64,000 nt of DNA, from NCBI GenBank assembly GCA_973895155.1, contig OZ316892.1, positions 11,844,238 through 11,908,237 of the forward strand, given 5' to 3'. Shown here in pieces: positions 51,271 through 63,400 of the stretch (position 1 is its first letter; every line of letters starts with the position of its first letter). The notes beneath the pieces are model-generated. The model made no database searches. It had not been told where the DNA came from and saw only the letters and a list, made by a program, of their open reading frames with translations. A program made the translations under genes and the position numbers. Source of the DNA: Marsupella aquatica (Eukaryota; Plantae; Marchantiophyta).

Positions 51271-53213
51271 AAGCATTTCTTGTTTTGGTCTCAAAAGAAT
51301 GCAGATGATCACTCGGTCACTCCCCCTTGCAGTGGTGACATACATATAGAGCCAATTATGCTCGAAGAGACCTCATATGGGAGGAATCACAAGAAACCAT
51401 GCTTTCTGGTGGGTTGCATAAGGCATCTCCAACCCCTACTGGAATGCTTGATTGCAACTGGGTGTTGACTGAACCCATAACTAAAGTGAAAAAGTCTTAT
51501 CCAACCTATTTGTTCACTTCTCAGGCAGACTTTCACAACCAGATGGACTTCATTCAAACATTTATACACTCTCAGATAGCAAATTTTAGACCAAAAGTGC
51601 ACAAATGACTTGTAAACTAAAATACTATTTTTTACTAAAACTCCTGTAGCCCAAAATACTGTTAGTTTTGGGTAAATTTTGCCAATAACTTTAGTTTGTG
51701 GGCATTTCCTTCAATAATAAACACCAGTTTATTTTTATTTGACACCACTTAGTCGATAGATGGTTGGTGCCCCTGGGGTGCCCAGATTTTGTCTTCTTGT
51801 TCCTTAACAAGATTTGGCAATGTTTGAGTCATGTGGAAAGAATCCCATTTGATGGTTCCACACAAGACTATTTTCATCAAGAAATGAGAGATTAATTGAA
51901 ATTAGGTTCTTGCGGAAGGTACGGGCAAGTGTTGAAGCATTGAAATTGATCTATAAACATTGTTGTGTCCTTGTTACTTGATGAAACTTGGCAATGTCCG
52001 TGTCAATGAAAACCTGTTTCAACGTCCTATAATAGTTCTAATCCTTACTATTGTCATCAAGAGAGGATAGAGTAGTTCACAGGAGCACCACGCTTTTGAG
52101 TACATTGTAATGTACTGAAAAAAGTGAGTGACCGTCAAAATAGAAAGTGGGTCCAATGGGACCCATGCATCCATGAATATCATGAGCAGCCTCTCATGAA
52201 CTTAGCTTGTTTGCAACTACAGTATTTTGGTTGTCAAAGTATGGTTTTGGATATTTTTGTCTGTTTTCCAAAAATTACTGTGAACATGCAATATGCTGCC
52301 ATTTTGTCATATGGGAATTTTATACTTTTGAGAAAATGATTTTGTATCCTACTGCAGAATAACATAGGTTTTTTAGAATCTGGATTAGCTATGTTTTGGA
52401 GCTCAAATTATATATCTTGAAACATTGTGTCTACTGATTTCATCATCACCAAGTTTGGTTAACTAGGAAGGACCTAGTGTATTTCAAAAGATCACTGTGG
52501 TTGCTTCAATAGTCCATCTCACTAGTGGACTGATAGCAAATATTTTCATTTCTTTTTTTCTTCTTCTTCTGTTTTTAGGGTTGCATTTCTTTTTTTTCTT
52601 GTTTGGGTTCTTTGAACCTCTTTTGCTTTCACTTCATTGTACTTTATATTTTCCCTCTCGTGTAAATCATGGGTCTTTAAAAAGGAAAGGTTTCATTTAG
52701 AATTTTATTTTTTATTTTTGTTCCCGGAAAAGGGGAAGACCCCATAACTTTAATACCGGGAGACCCGGGCTGAAAAACAACCCAACTGCCTGAAAGGAGA
52801 AGGCAAGGGACAAAGAAACAATTAGTGCGGGCAAATGAGAGGAGCACACCCAGAGAAAAGGAGGATAACTTTAAAATATTGACTTTTCGTATCTCCGGAA
52901 CAAAAACAGACTTTTCCTTTGTTGAAATCTCTTAAATTATGCCACGGAAGTTTGTTTAAATAAAATAAAGTAACTTTTTCGAAAATTATGTGGGAAACAA
53001 CCCCACTCTATACTTGCTACTGCAAACATAGCAACAAAACAACTATGTGCTGGCAACTTTTCCTAAAGGTAGTTTGGGAAAGTGAACCTTACACTATACA
53101 GTACTTGCCACCTCAAGCGGAGCATCTTTGTGCAACGCATGGGCATTGGGCTTGTAATTCATGATTTTACATTTAGATTAGATTAAATGTATGACACTTT
53201 ATGGCCCTTCCGA

Positions 53214-54295
53214 TTAAAAGCTATAATACAAGGTTGTGCTTTTTATAGAGTGGTCATCATTCAAATTTGCAGAGAATATATCACAGTGCCCAAGGGCAAA
53301 AAACGCCTAACAGGGAGACATAATCCCAAAGGCAAAGTAACCCAATGAAGGGGAAGAAAAGAGGGGAAAGGGCCCCAAGAAAAACAAAGAAGTAATAAAA
53401 CAAAAAGAACATTTAATTTAGTGTGAATGAAAATGAAGTGCACGGTTACCAAGCAAGAAAGGATCCAATAGTACAAAGGAAATGTGGAGGGCCTCTATAA
53501 ATGCACTAGGGTCAAGGAGACTTCCCTCTATAGAACCTCACTAGAAAGCGTGAACCAATGTAGCACTGCTTTAAAAATTTGTTTTCTTGGCACCGTCAAA
53601 TCCATCCATACCCTTCTTAATCTCCATTGCCTATGTGTGAGCTGCCTGTAGCCTCTATCCAAACCAGACCAAGATGAAAATTTATTTGAAATTTTTTTAA
53701 CCGTAAAATTTTCAGTATGAATAAAACATATAAAGTAAAACATATTAAAAAATATTTCTTAAAAGTTTAAAACAAAGAAAATTAAATTTTACTGTCACTT
53801 GGTCGTGTTTGGACACTATGATGCAGTGGCCGTTATCTCACGTCTCCAATTTCTTTGTGCAATGCATGGGTTAGTGAACACCACCACAACAACTTTCCTT
53901 GTCTTCACATCTTTTTCTCATCTCCCATTATTTTCTCACATGATTTCTTTATCCCACCTCAACATTTTTTCTCTCCTCGACATCTTTTACTCATCTTCAC
54001 ATTTTTTTAACACCTTGCCATCTTTTCTCACCTCAACATCTTACCTTTGTCTGACCTTGACATCTGTATCTCACCACAACATCTTTTTTCTCCTCTACAT
54101 CTTTTCATCATCTTTACAAGTTATCTTTTCCTCGCCTTGACATATCTTTCTCTCGTGACATCTTTTTTTGCCTTGAGTTCTTTTCCTCACCTCAACATCT
54201 CTCATTGGCATCTTTTCCACCTTGACGTCTTTTTGTCACCTCAACTTTATCTGTCACCTCAACATCTTTTGTGCAACGCACGGGTATCTGGCTAG
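53214..54295 (+). mobile_element. Non-autonomous Helitron (1082 bp)
   Basis: 3' end GTGCAACGCACGGGTATCTGGCTAG followed by T; 5' end A|TTAAAAGCTATAATACAAGGTTG (TC changed to TT) homologous to the 5' end of the element at 57629-59004; inserted between A and T; internal CTCAACATCTTTT repeats. Confidence 0.82.
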
Positions 54296-56600
54296 TCATA
54301 TAGATTGACCTCTTTTACAAACTATTTGAGCATTGTGTCTAATGTTGGCTTGCAAGAAAATATGTGGATACTTTCAGTTTTAGCCCATTAATTGTTCTAT
54401 TTACTGTTGATATATCACTGAATGCTACCATTACTTCCATTTTTTGTTCTTTGTTATAGTGGACTTGCATTTACAAAAACAAAGTATAACCACCTGGCCA
54501 CTAAAGAAGTGTTTAATTGCAATATGACCATACTTGGTTTTTCTTGTATCTCGTCTTGTATTTGTAATATATATTGTCACGGTTTCGCAATATGAACAAT
54601 CCAAGATAGACAAGATTTACCCATGGATCAAACTCTAAGGGGGTTAACGTAGTGTATATTTTGGGGTACCATGTGCGCTACTAGCCTAATATAAACACAC
54701 ATGTTTAATAACACAAATATTCCAAAGATATTCTTTATTTTCAATATTAATAACTTATTTCACTTTATAAAAGATATATATTAGAGAATATTCTACAAAT
54801 ATAAGTTTATAATACCTTGTTTTGCTTCCTACACTTTTTAAAAATTTAGCTAATTTTTATCACACGTGGTTTCTAAGATTTTTAATAGTCAACCCCCCAA
54901 GATCAAACTCCATCCCCTATGAGGCACTCGTTAGCTTAGGGTCTATCCTGTGCATTATCCATCTACAGATTGCAGCCAAGTTGCCTAGAGCAGTTATACT
55001 CAAGAGCAATTGTTTAGGGTCTATTACTCGCTTACAACCTTAATTACCCTCTCATGAGCTCTTGCTCACTATCTAAACTTAGATTGACCTGCTGTTGGCA
55101 TAGAGTTTGACAGTTTTCAGCTTCAATGTCCATAGAATGAACTGCAAAATCTTATTTTGAAATTACTCACTTGATTCTTAACCAATGTTGACAATCGTGT
55201 GCTTGTGAGGATAGTCTTTTCAATACCTTCTAATGCCTCATTGCAAACCAAAATTCCTCACAGTTTGGACTAGGCAATGTGGATTCAAAATTTACTCTCA
55301 AGAAAAGTTGTTTGGAAATCTAAATGTTTTGATTCATTGACTTTCTATCAAATCTTGACAAAAATCTGCAATCTTGGGTGTCTTCAGAAGCGATTGAAGA
55401 GATCTTTCTAGTGCATCATAGTACTCCCACTTTTGTAGTGGATTGACAGTGCAATTTCTCAAAATGTGTTGTTGTACATGTTGAGAGAGGTTTAGAAAAC
55501 AAATTTCTTCAACATGACTATAACTTTTATTTTGGAAATAACTGTCTCTCTTGGGAACTAAAAAATATCCCTAGCCTCTTGCTACACTTAATTTGCCTGA
55601 TAGAAAACACCTCCCCTCAACTTGGTTCTCTATTCAGAATCACAATACAAATTTCTGCTCTCTTCTCTTTTCTCCACTTTCCCAGCTTAGAAGTAGCACA
55701 AATTAGAATCTATTGTGTTTGTGCCCAACAACATTACACATGCTATATTCTTCTCTTGTTTCTTACTTTCTTGTCCAGCTTAGCGACAGCTCTATGCATA
55801 GCATAAGCCTTGCTCGCTAGCATTTGTGTTCTCTCATAGCCAGGGGATCCACTTGAGAATTTTGGTTCAACTGGATAAGTGCATGAAACTACTTGATGTA
55901 ATTGTCTATTGTGCAATTAATATCAGTAAATGCTTCTTATGTACATGCATTATTTGCAGTAACTGATAACTGCATGTGGACACTTAGAGACAGAAATAGA
56001 TTTATTGGTGCATTTACAAAGAAAGCAGTGACTGTATATTAGAAACCATGGAATGCAGTTATCAACCTTGCACTTAGGCACTTTAAACAGTATAATTTTA
56101 GAGAGGAAAAGAATATAGTTGTTCCCTCATTTGAACAATGTACAGTAGCTACAATGGTACCTCTTCACGAACATTATTCTCTTGGTAAAGTTTTGCCAAA
56201 CTCTTACCTCCAAGTTGCTGGCAACTTTAACAAGGGAAACAAAGTGAGAATTTGTTTTCCAAAAACTGCCACAATTGACTTCAATCTGGCAGCAATTCAC
56301 CACAGCAGAGGGCCAAGGGCGTGAAGTTGTCACTCCCTCCCACCAGCCACAAAGTTGTCACTCACCTCACCTTGAAACTTCCCATCCGGGCCACCACGTC
56401 CTCTTCCTGCCCTCTTCATGTATGTTACATGCAAGTCATAAGGGCTACTCAATGGCTTGGAGAAATGGGAAATATGTGGCCCCCATGCCCATCTGTGTTT
56501 TAATTCCTGCTAACAGCATGTGTCTTTGGCCACATGGAGGGGTTCAATTCCTCTAGAGAGTTTACTTCACATTTTCCACATGTTTTAGCAGAGCAGCAAG

Positions 56601-57260
56601 ATGGTATCAATTGGGACTGAACTGATGCAAGATGTTGAATCCCTTTGTGCCAGAGAACTTATTGCTCCCATCATATTATATTCTGACCAGACTGCAATAG
56701 GACTCGGGGTTGGCCCCATTTCCTTGGGGAATATCTGCAACAATTTGAGGAGCCTGCCTGGAGGCGATGCACTATTAGCAATTCTTCTAATATAGTGGGA
56801 CTCGTGATCCAGGTAATGTAGTGCTGTTGATTCATTTGATTGATTGGCAGAAAAAACACTGATCATTTTTCTTATACTAGACAGATGAGTTACAGGGTTG
56901 GAGGATTTCATTTGCCAATTCCAACTTAAATCATGGGAATGAGTTCACGTATTTCCAAGACCCATGTGACTAGCAAGGCTAAACTAAACTACTTCACAAG
57001 TGTCAAGAACTTATTCTAATGTATTTGAAGAAAGCAAGCAAAACCAGGTTAATCTGAAAGACCATCGGGCCAATCATAATGGGTGTTTAGAAGGCCGTGC
57101 TTGTATATTTGTGACCAGACTGAAGGCTCTAAACTCACTTGCACTTATGATACTAACAAGGCAAAGTGTCCCTGTAGCTGCTGTTGTTGTCCAAGAGAAT
57201 CCTTATTTGATGTTACAAAGAAGTTTCCGTACAGGACAAAGACCACAAGGAAACAAACAA
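56601..57260 (+). pseudogene. Decayed Plavaka-type (CACTA/Tnp2-related) transposase fragment
   Basis: Collinear motifs IAPIILYSDQT...ISLGNICNNLRSLPGGDALLAIL / KLLHKCQELIL..LKKASKT / VF..PCLYICDQTEGSKLTC...KCPCSCCCCPRESLFD..FPYRT across stops, frameshifts and a probable 68-bp intron (GTAATG...TAG, 56813-56880). Confidence 0.72.
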
Positions 57261-57628
57261 TTATAAACAGAGAATGTCCAATGGAACACAAAGAGGCATA
57301 TGATTCATCCAGTACAGGTACAATTAGTGCAGTTTATGATAATGTAGCTGGTCTATTTCTGAACCTAGGTAGAGAATCCGCACTGGTACTCTGCATCTGG
57401 CTATGGGCTAGCATATACTGTCCTATCCAAGCACGAGGAATTTTGTTGGCTTCAATGGTGGTAGGCATTACCAAATGTTTTCCAGGCTACTGCGCCCAAG
57501 CTTTTCTGGACCAGAAACCTGGTTCTTCAAGACTGTATTATCCTTTTGCTACTACTGCCAAACCCATCTACGTTGCTGTTTGTACCAACTGTTTACATCG
57601 ATCTCCCACCTCTCATATCATTATCTCA

Positions 57629-59004
57629 CTAGCTCAATACCCGTGCGTTGCACAAAAGAAGTCAAGTCGGCCAAAATGTCGTTAAAAAAAATGTCATTTC
57701 AGAGGTCATTGAGAGAAAATATGTCATATCGGCCAAGAGGTCGTGGAGAGAAAAGATGTCGTGACGGCCAAGAGGTCATTGAGGAAAAAAGGTGTCGTGT
57801 CGGCCAAGAGGTCGTTGAGAAAAATGTGTCGTGTCGGCCAAGAAGTCGTTTAAGAAAAAATTTGTCATGTCGGCCAAGATGTCATTGAGAAAAAGATGTC
57901 GTGTTGGCAAAGACGTCATTGAGAGAAAAGATGTCGTGTCGGCCAAGACATTGTTGAGGGAAAATATCTGTGCATTGCACAAAAGATGTTGTGTTGCTCA
58001 AGATGTTGTTATGTGAAGGATGTCATGAAATAAAAAGATGTTGTTAAGTAAAAAGAAGTAATTTTGCCAAAGATGCCATTATGTGAAAGATGGTGATAAG
58101 AAAAAGGTGTCATTTTGCCAAAGATATCGTGAAGTAAAAGATGTTATAAGAAAAAAGGTGTCGTTTCACCCAAGTTGTCGTTATGGGAAAGATGTTATGA
58201 AGTAAAAAGTCAAGGAGAGAAGGAGCAAGTCTTTTTCTTTGTTTTGTTTTGTACCCAAAATGCCCTTGCATTTTATTTACTAAACGCTATTGTTTGTGGA
58301 AAGATGTCAATGCATAACACATGAGGTTGTGCTAAAGATGTAGTTGAGAAAAATTTCCATGTTGCTAAAGATAGCTTGAGTAAAAGATTTTGTTTGTTAG
58401 AAAGATCTCAATGCATAAAAGATGTTGTTGAGTAAAAGATATCATGACTCAAAAGAGAGGCCACATCAACCACCAAAGTACAACACACTGACAATGATTT
58501 TTCTCTTTGCTTTTGTCATTTTTTCCTTTCAACCAACCAACCGCCCCCCTTTGGTTCCCTCTGTTTTATTACTTTTTGGTCTCTTTTTCTCTCATTGATT
58601 AGATTATGCCCTATTTGATTGACTATGTGATATTTGCAATTAAACTACTGTCTATCATTATGTAGCCCCTATGCATGGATGGTAGAGGGAGGAGCATGGT
58701 ATTGCATAAATGGTAGAAGGAGTTAAGAGGTAGCATGGATGGTAGAGGGAGGGACATGGTATAACGTGGATAGTAGAGGGAAGAGCATATAATTTGTATA
58801 CATGGATGGTAAAGAGAAGACTTTGTCTTTTTCCTTCTAGTTTTGGGACACCTGCATTCACTTTTCATTCACACTAAATATAATTCATTTGTTCTTTATT
58901 GCTTCCACTTTTTGCAGTTTCTGTTTTTTTCACCCCAAAAGCTACTCCAAATTTGAATGACGACCACTGCATAAAAAGGGGCAACCTTGTATTATAGTTA
59001 TTGA
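57629..59004 (-). mobile_element. Non-autonomous Helitron (1376 bp), same family as 53214-54295
   Basis: Minus strand A|TCAATAACTATAATACAAGGTTG ... TCTTTTGTGCAACGCACGGGTATTGAGCTAG|T gives canonical TC...CTAG ends in an AT site; internal ~31-bp GTCGGCCAAG array (57665-57950) and ATGGTAGAGGGA repeats (58670-58815). Confidence 0.88.
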
Positions 59005-60772
59005 TTTCATGAAATTGGCGCAAGTGTTTGTACATTTGTTCCCTTTGATTTCAAATGCAGGTTTGGGGCCTTGTTTTACAAGGCACCTTTGCAAAGCCCA
59101 TTGTCCACCCCCGAGTCCACCCTAACCATATCACAATGCATGCCTCTTATTTCCAGCAATACTTTTCCCCTCAAGGCCCCTCAAGGGGCAACCTCAGGCT
59201 ACAAAACCAGTGTAGATGCTCTTAGTTATCACTTTAATGGGTTTTGCTAAACTTAAGCTAGCCATATAATCTATACATTACTTAAAGGTACCTTTGATTA
59301 GTGATATCGGTGTTGATATGGAATTGTGCAGTGTGCATTAGGGGTTTTGCTGGCATTGACTATTGAGGGGTAACCCTTCCAGGTATATACAGCTCAATGG
59401 ACTTCATCAATGAATTTTGGGGATTTTCAAAACTTTAGCTGAAATTGTACGGGCTTCTCCATCTTTTCTCAATCTTGAGGCTCATCCTTTGTAGGCATTT
59501 GACAAAAGAATTCTGATTCAAAAGGACTGCATCCTTGGCAGCATAGCAGGAGTGGGAGGAGCCATGTCAAGCCCCATTAAGAGTTTTGTGTTGCATTCAA
59601 CCCTCCCTAAGCTCGGCAATCAGGTGGCATCATTTTGGAGTCTAAGAGGACTGAGTCAACAAGACTAAGAGGGGCAGTCCAACTAAATCAACAAAGTTTG
59701 CATGGCATAGAGGCAAAAGCGTACTAAACTTTGTCATGAGTGGGCCGAATGGCTTTGCAGCAAAGTGTGCCTCAATGCTCCACCTGCCCAAACACCATAG
59801 TGTAAGCCCAAGCTTTTCTCACATTTTGGGCAACCCTAGAGGCCATGCAAGCCACAAACTAGGCAACCAAGAGTGGCAGATCGTTTATTAAATTACCTTG
59901 AGATGCTTTCCGTCAGGCATGATTGTGCTCTTGGCAAGATCATACCTCTTTTATTAATCATTTTTGTATGGATCAATTTTCTTTTTGCAGATTCCATGCA
60001 ATCTTGACCGGATCACACTTATTTAGATTGAACTTGTTGGAGACTATGATGGAACTTGCTGTAAGCTAGGCATGAGAGATATGGGAGGATGCAAGGCAAG
60101 ACAGGTTCTGGTCTGGCATATTAAAATGCTTTGGAGATCATGTTGTTTTTTAAGCCAGCATATGTCAGCCCACAAAGGTCCTTGTGTAAACTTTGAAGAT
60201 GATTTTATTTTAATGTTTGCGCATATATTTACCAATGTTGCTAGTGCCTTACAAATAGTATTCAAAATCTGTCCATGTAGTTTTGACAATACAAGGTCAA
60301 ATGGTCTAGATTGCATGCACTTTTAGAGGAAATTATGTATTTGCCGCCACCTGCTAATTCCAACATCCAAGATTCACTATAAACGCAACCCTCCAATATA
60401 CTGAAAACTACACTGAGATGAGAGGAATTTTCTTGGTGGGACCCCAATTGAAAACATTTGATTACACCAGACCCTAAAAGTAAAAAATCACTTGGTGGGA
60501 ATCCAAAAGTAGGTTTTGAAATGGAGAACGCTATAGCCCCTGGTTGACAGGGAGTCATTAGAGTGATGGGGGGAGCCGGGTGAGGGCAGGGCAGAGGTCC
60601 TGAAGTAGGACCCAGGTTCTCCCGCCATTGCTCTAAGAGAAACATGTATCGGGGCTTTTCTCGTTTTCCAAACATCTAGGTCTCTCTTTGGCAAATCTCT
60701 ATTTAATCTATTTTCCAAGGCATTGCAATTGCAAGACAAAAAAAAGTAGATTCTAAAAGGTTGTGTAAGATT

Positions 60773-60894
60773 TTGCCCATAGAGGCATGACTTTGTGGTA
60801 ACTCACTTGAGTAGAGACTGATAGGTCTTGGGTTCAACTAGTGTGACTGTCTCTTCCCTTTTTTGTGGGGTTTCACAGATTTTTTAAAAATAAA
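60773..60894 (+). mobile_element. tRNA-derived SINE with A-rich tail and 18-bp TSD
   Basis: Direct repeats AAAAGGTTGTGTAAGATT (60755-60772) and AAAAGGTTGCATAAGATT (60895-60912); A-box-like TGACTTTGTGG, B-box-like GGTTCAACT, tail AAAAATAAA. Confidence 0.68.
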
Positions 60895-61029
60895 AAAAGG
60901 TTGCATAAGATTGAGGGCTGCAGGGGAGGAGGGGAGCTAGCTGCTAGTTATAGGCATTATCAATAGCTTATTGTAGTTTTAATTGGGATTGTGTTGTGAT
61001 TGATTTGGAGCTCAATATCTTTAATTTTG

Positions 61030-63400
61030 ATAGGATTGATTAGGAAGAGACAAGTTGTTGGATCCCTGCATAGCGAGCATCTTATTGCAGTTTGATAGGA
61101 ATCCTTTTGTCAGTTTGATCAATTTGGAGCTGCCAAACATTGAATTTCAATTGTTTGCATTCACATACTCATCTGGTGCAAGATTCTGGTCTAGATGACC
61201 AACTATGTCTCTCAATTTGCACCACCTGGTGCCTCCTTTTTTCACTGCTGGAACGGGAGGTCAAAATTGCTTTGATAGGCCCAAATCCAAAACTAGGAAA
61301 CAAGGTACCTTGGGCTTGTACAACTTTTGCAAAAAAGCTATTTTCCAACACTGGTGGAAATGCTGAGTAAAGCACTTACCATCTCTATATTCACCCCAAA
61401 GCATTAAGTGTTAACAAGGCCATAACATTTGCTGTAACTCCACACAGGTGCAAGTGAGTCTGGTGATATGGTGATCAAATACCCCCTTGGACAATGGTCT
61501 GTACTTTTGCCTGATTTTCTCCCATATCTACCACTTGCCACTGTCCCAAGGATTGCAAGTTGGTTGTGTGTCCGTTCACCTGTTGGGTGTATGTCTTGTG
61601 TCTACCAATTGCATCAACTTTCCTGGTGTTGTAGTGCATCAGGACATAATACCAGAGCTCCAATAGCACTTTAGAAGGTGCAAATTCCCTTCTAAAGTTG
61701 GCTTGCTCTGCAGGATTGCTTGTAACCTTCCCAAGACAAGGCAAGGGAAACGCATGCCTTGCATACAAGGTCTGGTCAATACTTTTGATGTAATCTATTG
61801 CAGCAACCCAAGTGCAATGGACGCTGCCAAGTGATCCAGCAATTTGTCAAACCTGTGTTAGGGTTTTGACTCAACCTTGGCCAGGTTAACTAGAGTAAGT
61901 TAACCGGAGTTAGCATTAGTTGACTAGACTCTTCATGAAAGGATAACCCTCTTTGTATCCCATGGAGAGAGAGCACTTAGTGGAGAACTTTGTGTGTGTG
62001 AGAGAGAGAGCTTGGACCATGGAGCTATGGTGATATGTATTTTTTGTGTTCACAGTGGAGATCTTGGTGCGTAGCCCTGACGGGGTGAACCACATATCTT
62101 TGTGTCGGTGTGCTAGAGTGTTGAATGAGTGATGATTGTGAGACGTCATGCTGTCGGTTTTGATCCTACAACCTGCAGTGCAATTGAGTTGTCAATGTGT
62201 AAGCCATACTAGCCTACCTAAACTGGTGTTGTCTCTTAGCTACAATTAAGTTCAAAAATTATAAAATACATGACCTAAGCCATATGGTCTCTTAGTGTTA
62301 GTATACACACAAGCCAAAAGCAATTGCTCTGCTGCCTGGCTTGCCAAAGGATTTTCTAACGTTGGCTCCCAAATTATTGGTGTAGCGTGCATGAACTTTT
62401 GTTGGGAACACATTTTGAATGAACTTTTGTTGGGAGCACATTTTATACAACTGCTAGCTTGTAGACTGTTCTGTCTATTGGGAAAGGGTGGAATAGCAAG
62501 ATCCAATAATAAATTGACCGCTCTAACAACATCAAAAATCATATCCAACTGTGAATGTCTTCCCCTGTAGGAATTGCATAACAAATAATATTAACCTAGG
62601 AATTTAATGTTAACATAATTTTGGTCAAGACTTGAATCTGATCATTTCAATTCTTGGTGTGGCTGCATGCATATATGGACATTGCAGATTGACTGTACTG
62701 CAAAGGTGACTGTGTGGATAGCAGGATGGCATAAGAATGTTTGAGTAAAAACTCAAGTGCTTTCCAAAGAACACCAAATGAATCCACTACACAGTCTAGA
62801 TGAATTTTTCCTTCATTCTGTCCAACAAGACGCATTGAGGAGGACACTCTAGGGCTGCAAACCAAGATACCAGTTTTGCAAAAGATTTTGAGCCTGCTAC
62901 ATCTGATGGTCGTAACATTGGCACTTGGACATTAAGCATGACTCAGGATGCCAAATGTCTCACCCAACAATGATCAATTAGTTTTGGACAAGGCCTCGCC
63001 ATATATGCTTGTACCTGGACAAGCATGTTGCGAAAAGTGGTTGGAACGCTGTAGTTTCAATGTCTGAACCTGACTCACCTTTAAATTATTTTCTGTCCAA
63101 TGTGGTCTACTGTTAGCTCCAAATTGGGAAACTCTAACTCTAAGTCTCAACTTTTATTTTGTCTTGAACCCCCCTTGAACTATGGGTGACCTTGCCATGT
63201 AGCATACTCTAGGAATCCAAGCGACAATCAAATTCATTGAAACTAGAGAAAGATTCTCCAAGCCTGATACAACTAGCCTCATCCTCCACCTCATGTGGAG
63301 ACTTTCCTCCCAACAATGGATTGACCGCATCAATCTTAGAATTCCAAGCTGCAAATGCCCTACAATTTATTGCTTGGAGGCAACGCAAGCTTCTCCTTGT
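61030..63400 (-). pseudogene. MuDR/MULE transposase pseudogene (interrupted by a solo LTR)
   Basis: Minus-strand fragments in order: RLGESFSSFNEF (N-terminal domain-like); ILFVMQFLQGKTFTVGY; YARHAFPLPCLGKVTSNPAEQAN (catalytic Glu motif); SWIM finger LTCTCVELQQMLWPC*HL (~61405-61460); PPVPAVK; knuckle remnant RCSLC; many stops and frameshifts; boundaries approximate. Confidence 0.8.
61856..62170 (+). mobile_element. Solo LTR (315 bp) inserted into the MULE transposase
   Basis: TGTTAGG...CCTACA termini; perfect 5-bp TSD ACCTG (61851-61855, 62171-62175); contains GGTGAACCACATA (62084-62096) like the copia LTR. Confidence 0.88.

Noticed and set aside
51740-52110. Minus-strand frame with few stops (NYYRTLKQVFID...), faintly CACTA-like
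   Set aside because: Only one weak motif, which is insufficient support.
57475-58016. ORFs with R/C-rich repeats
   Set aside because: They are translations of the Helitron-internal ~31-bp minisatellite.
59300-60750. Possible MULE-associated second gene (e.g. Ulp1 protease)
   Set aside because: No His-Asp-Cys protease motifs or other recognisable signature in the frames examined.
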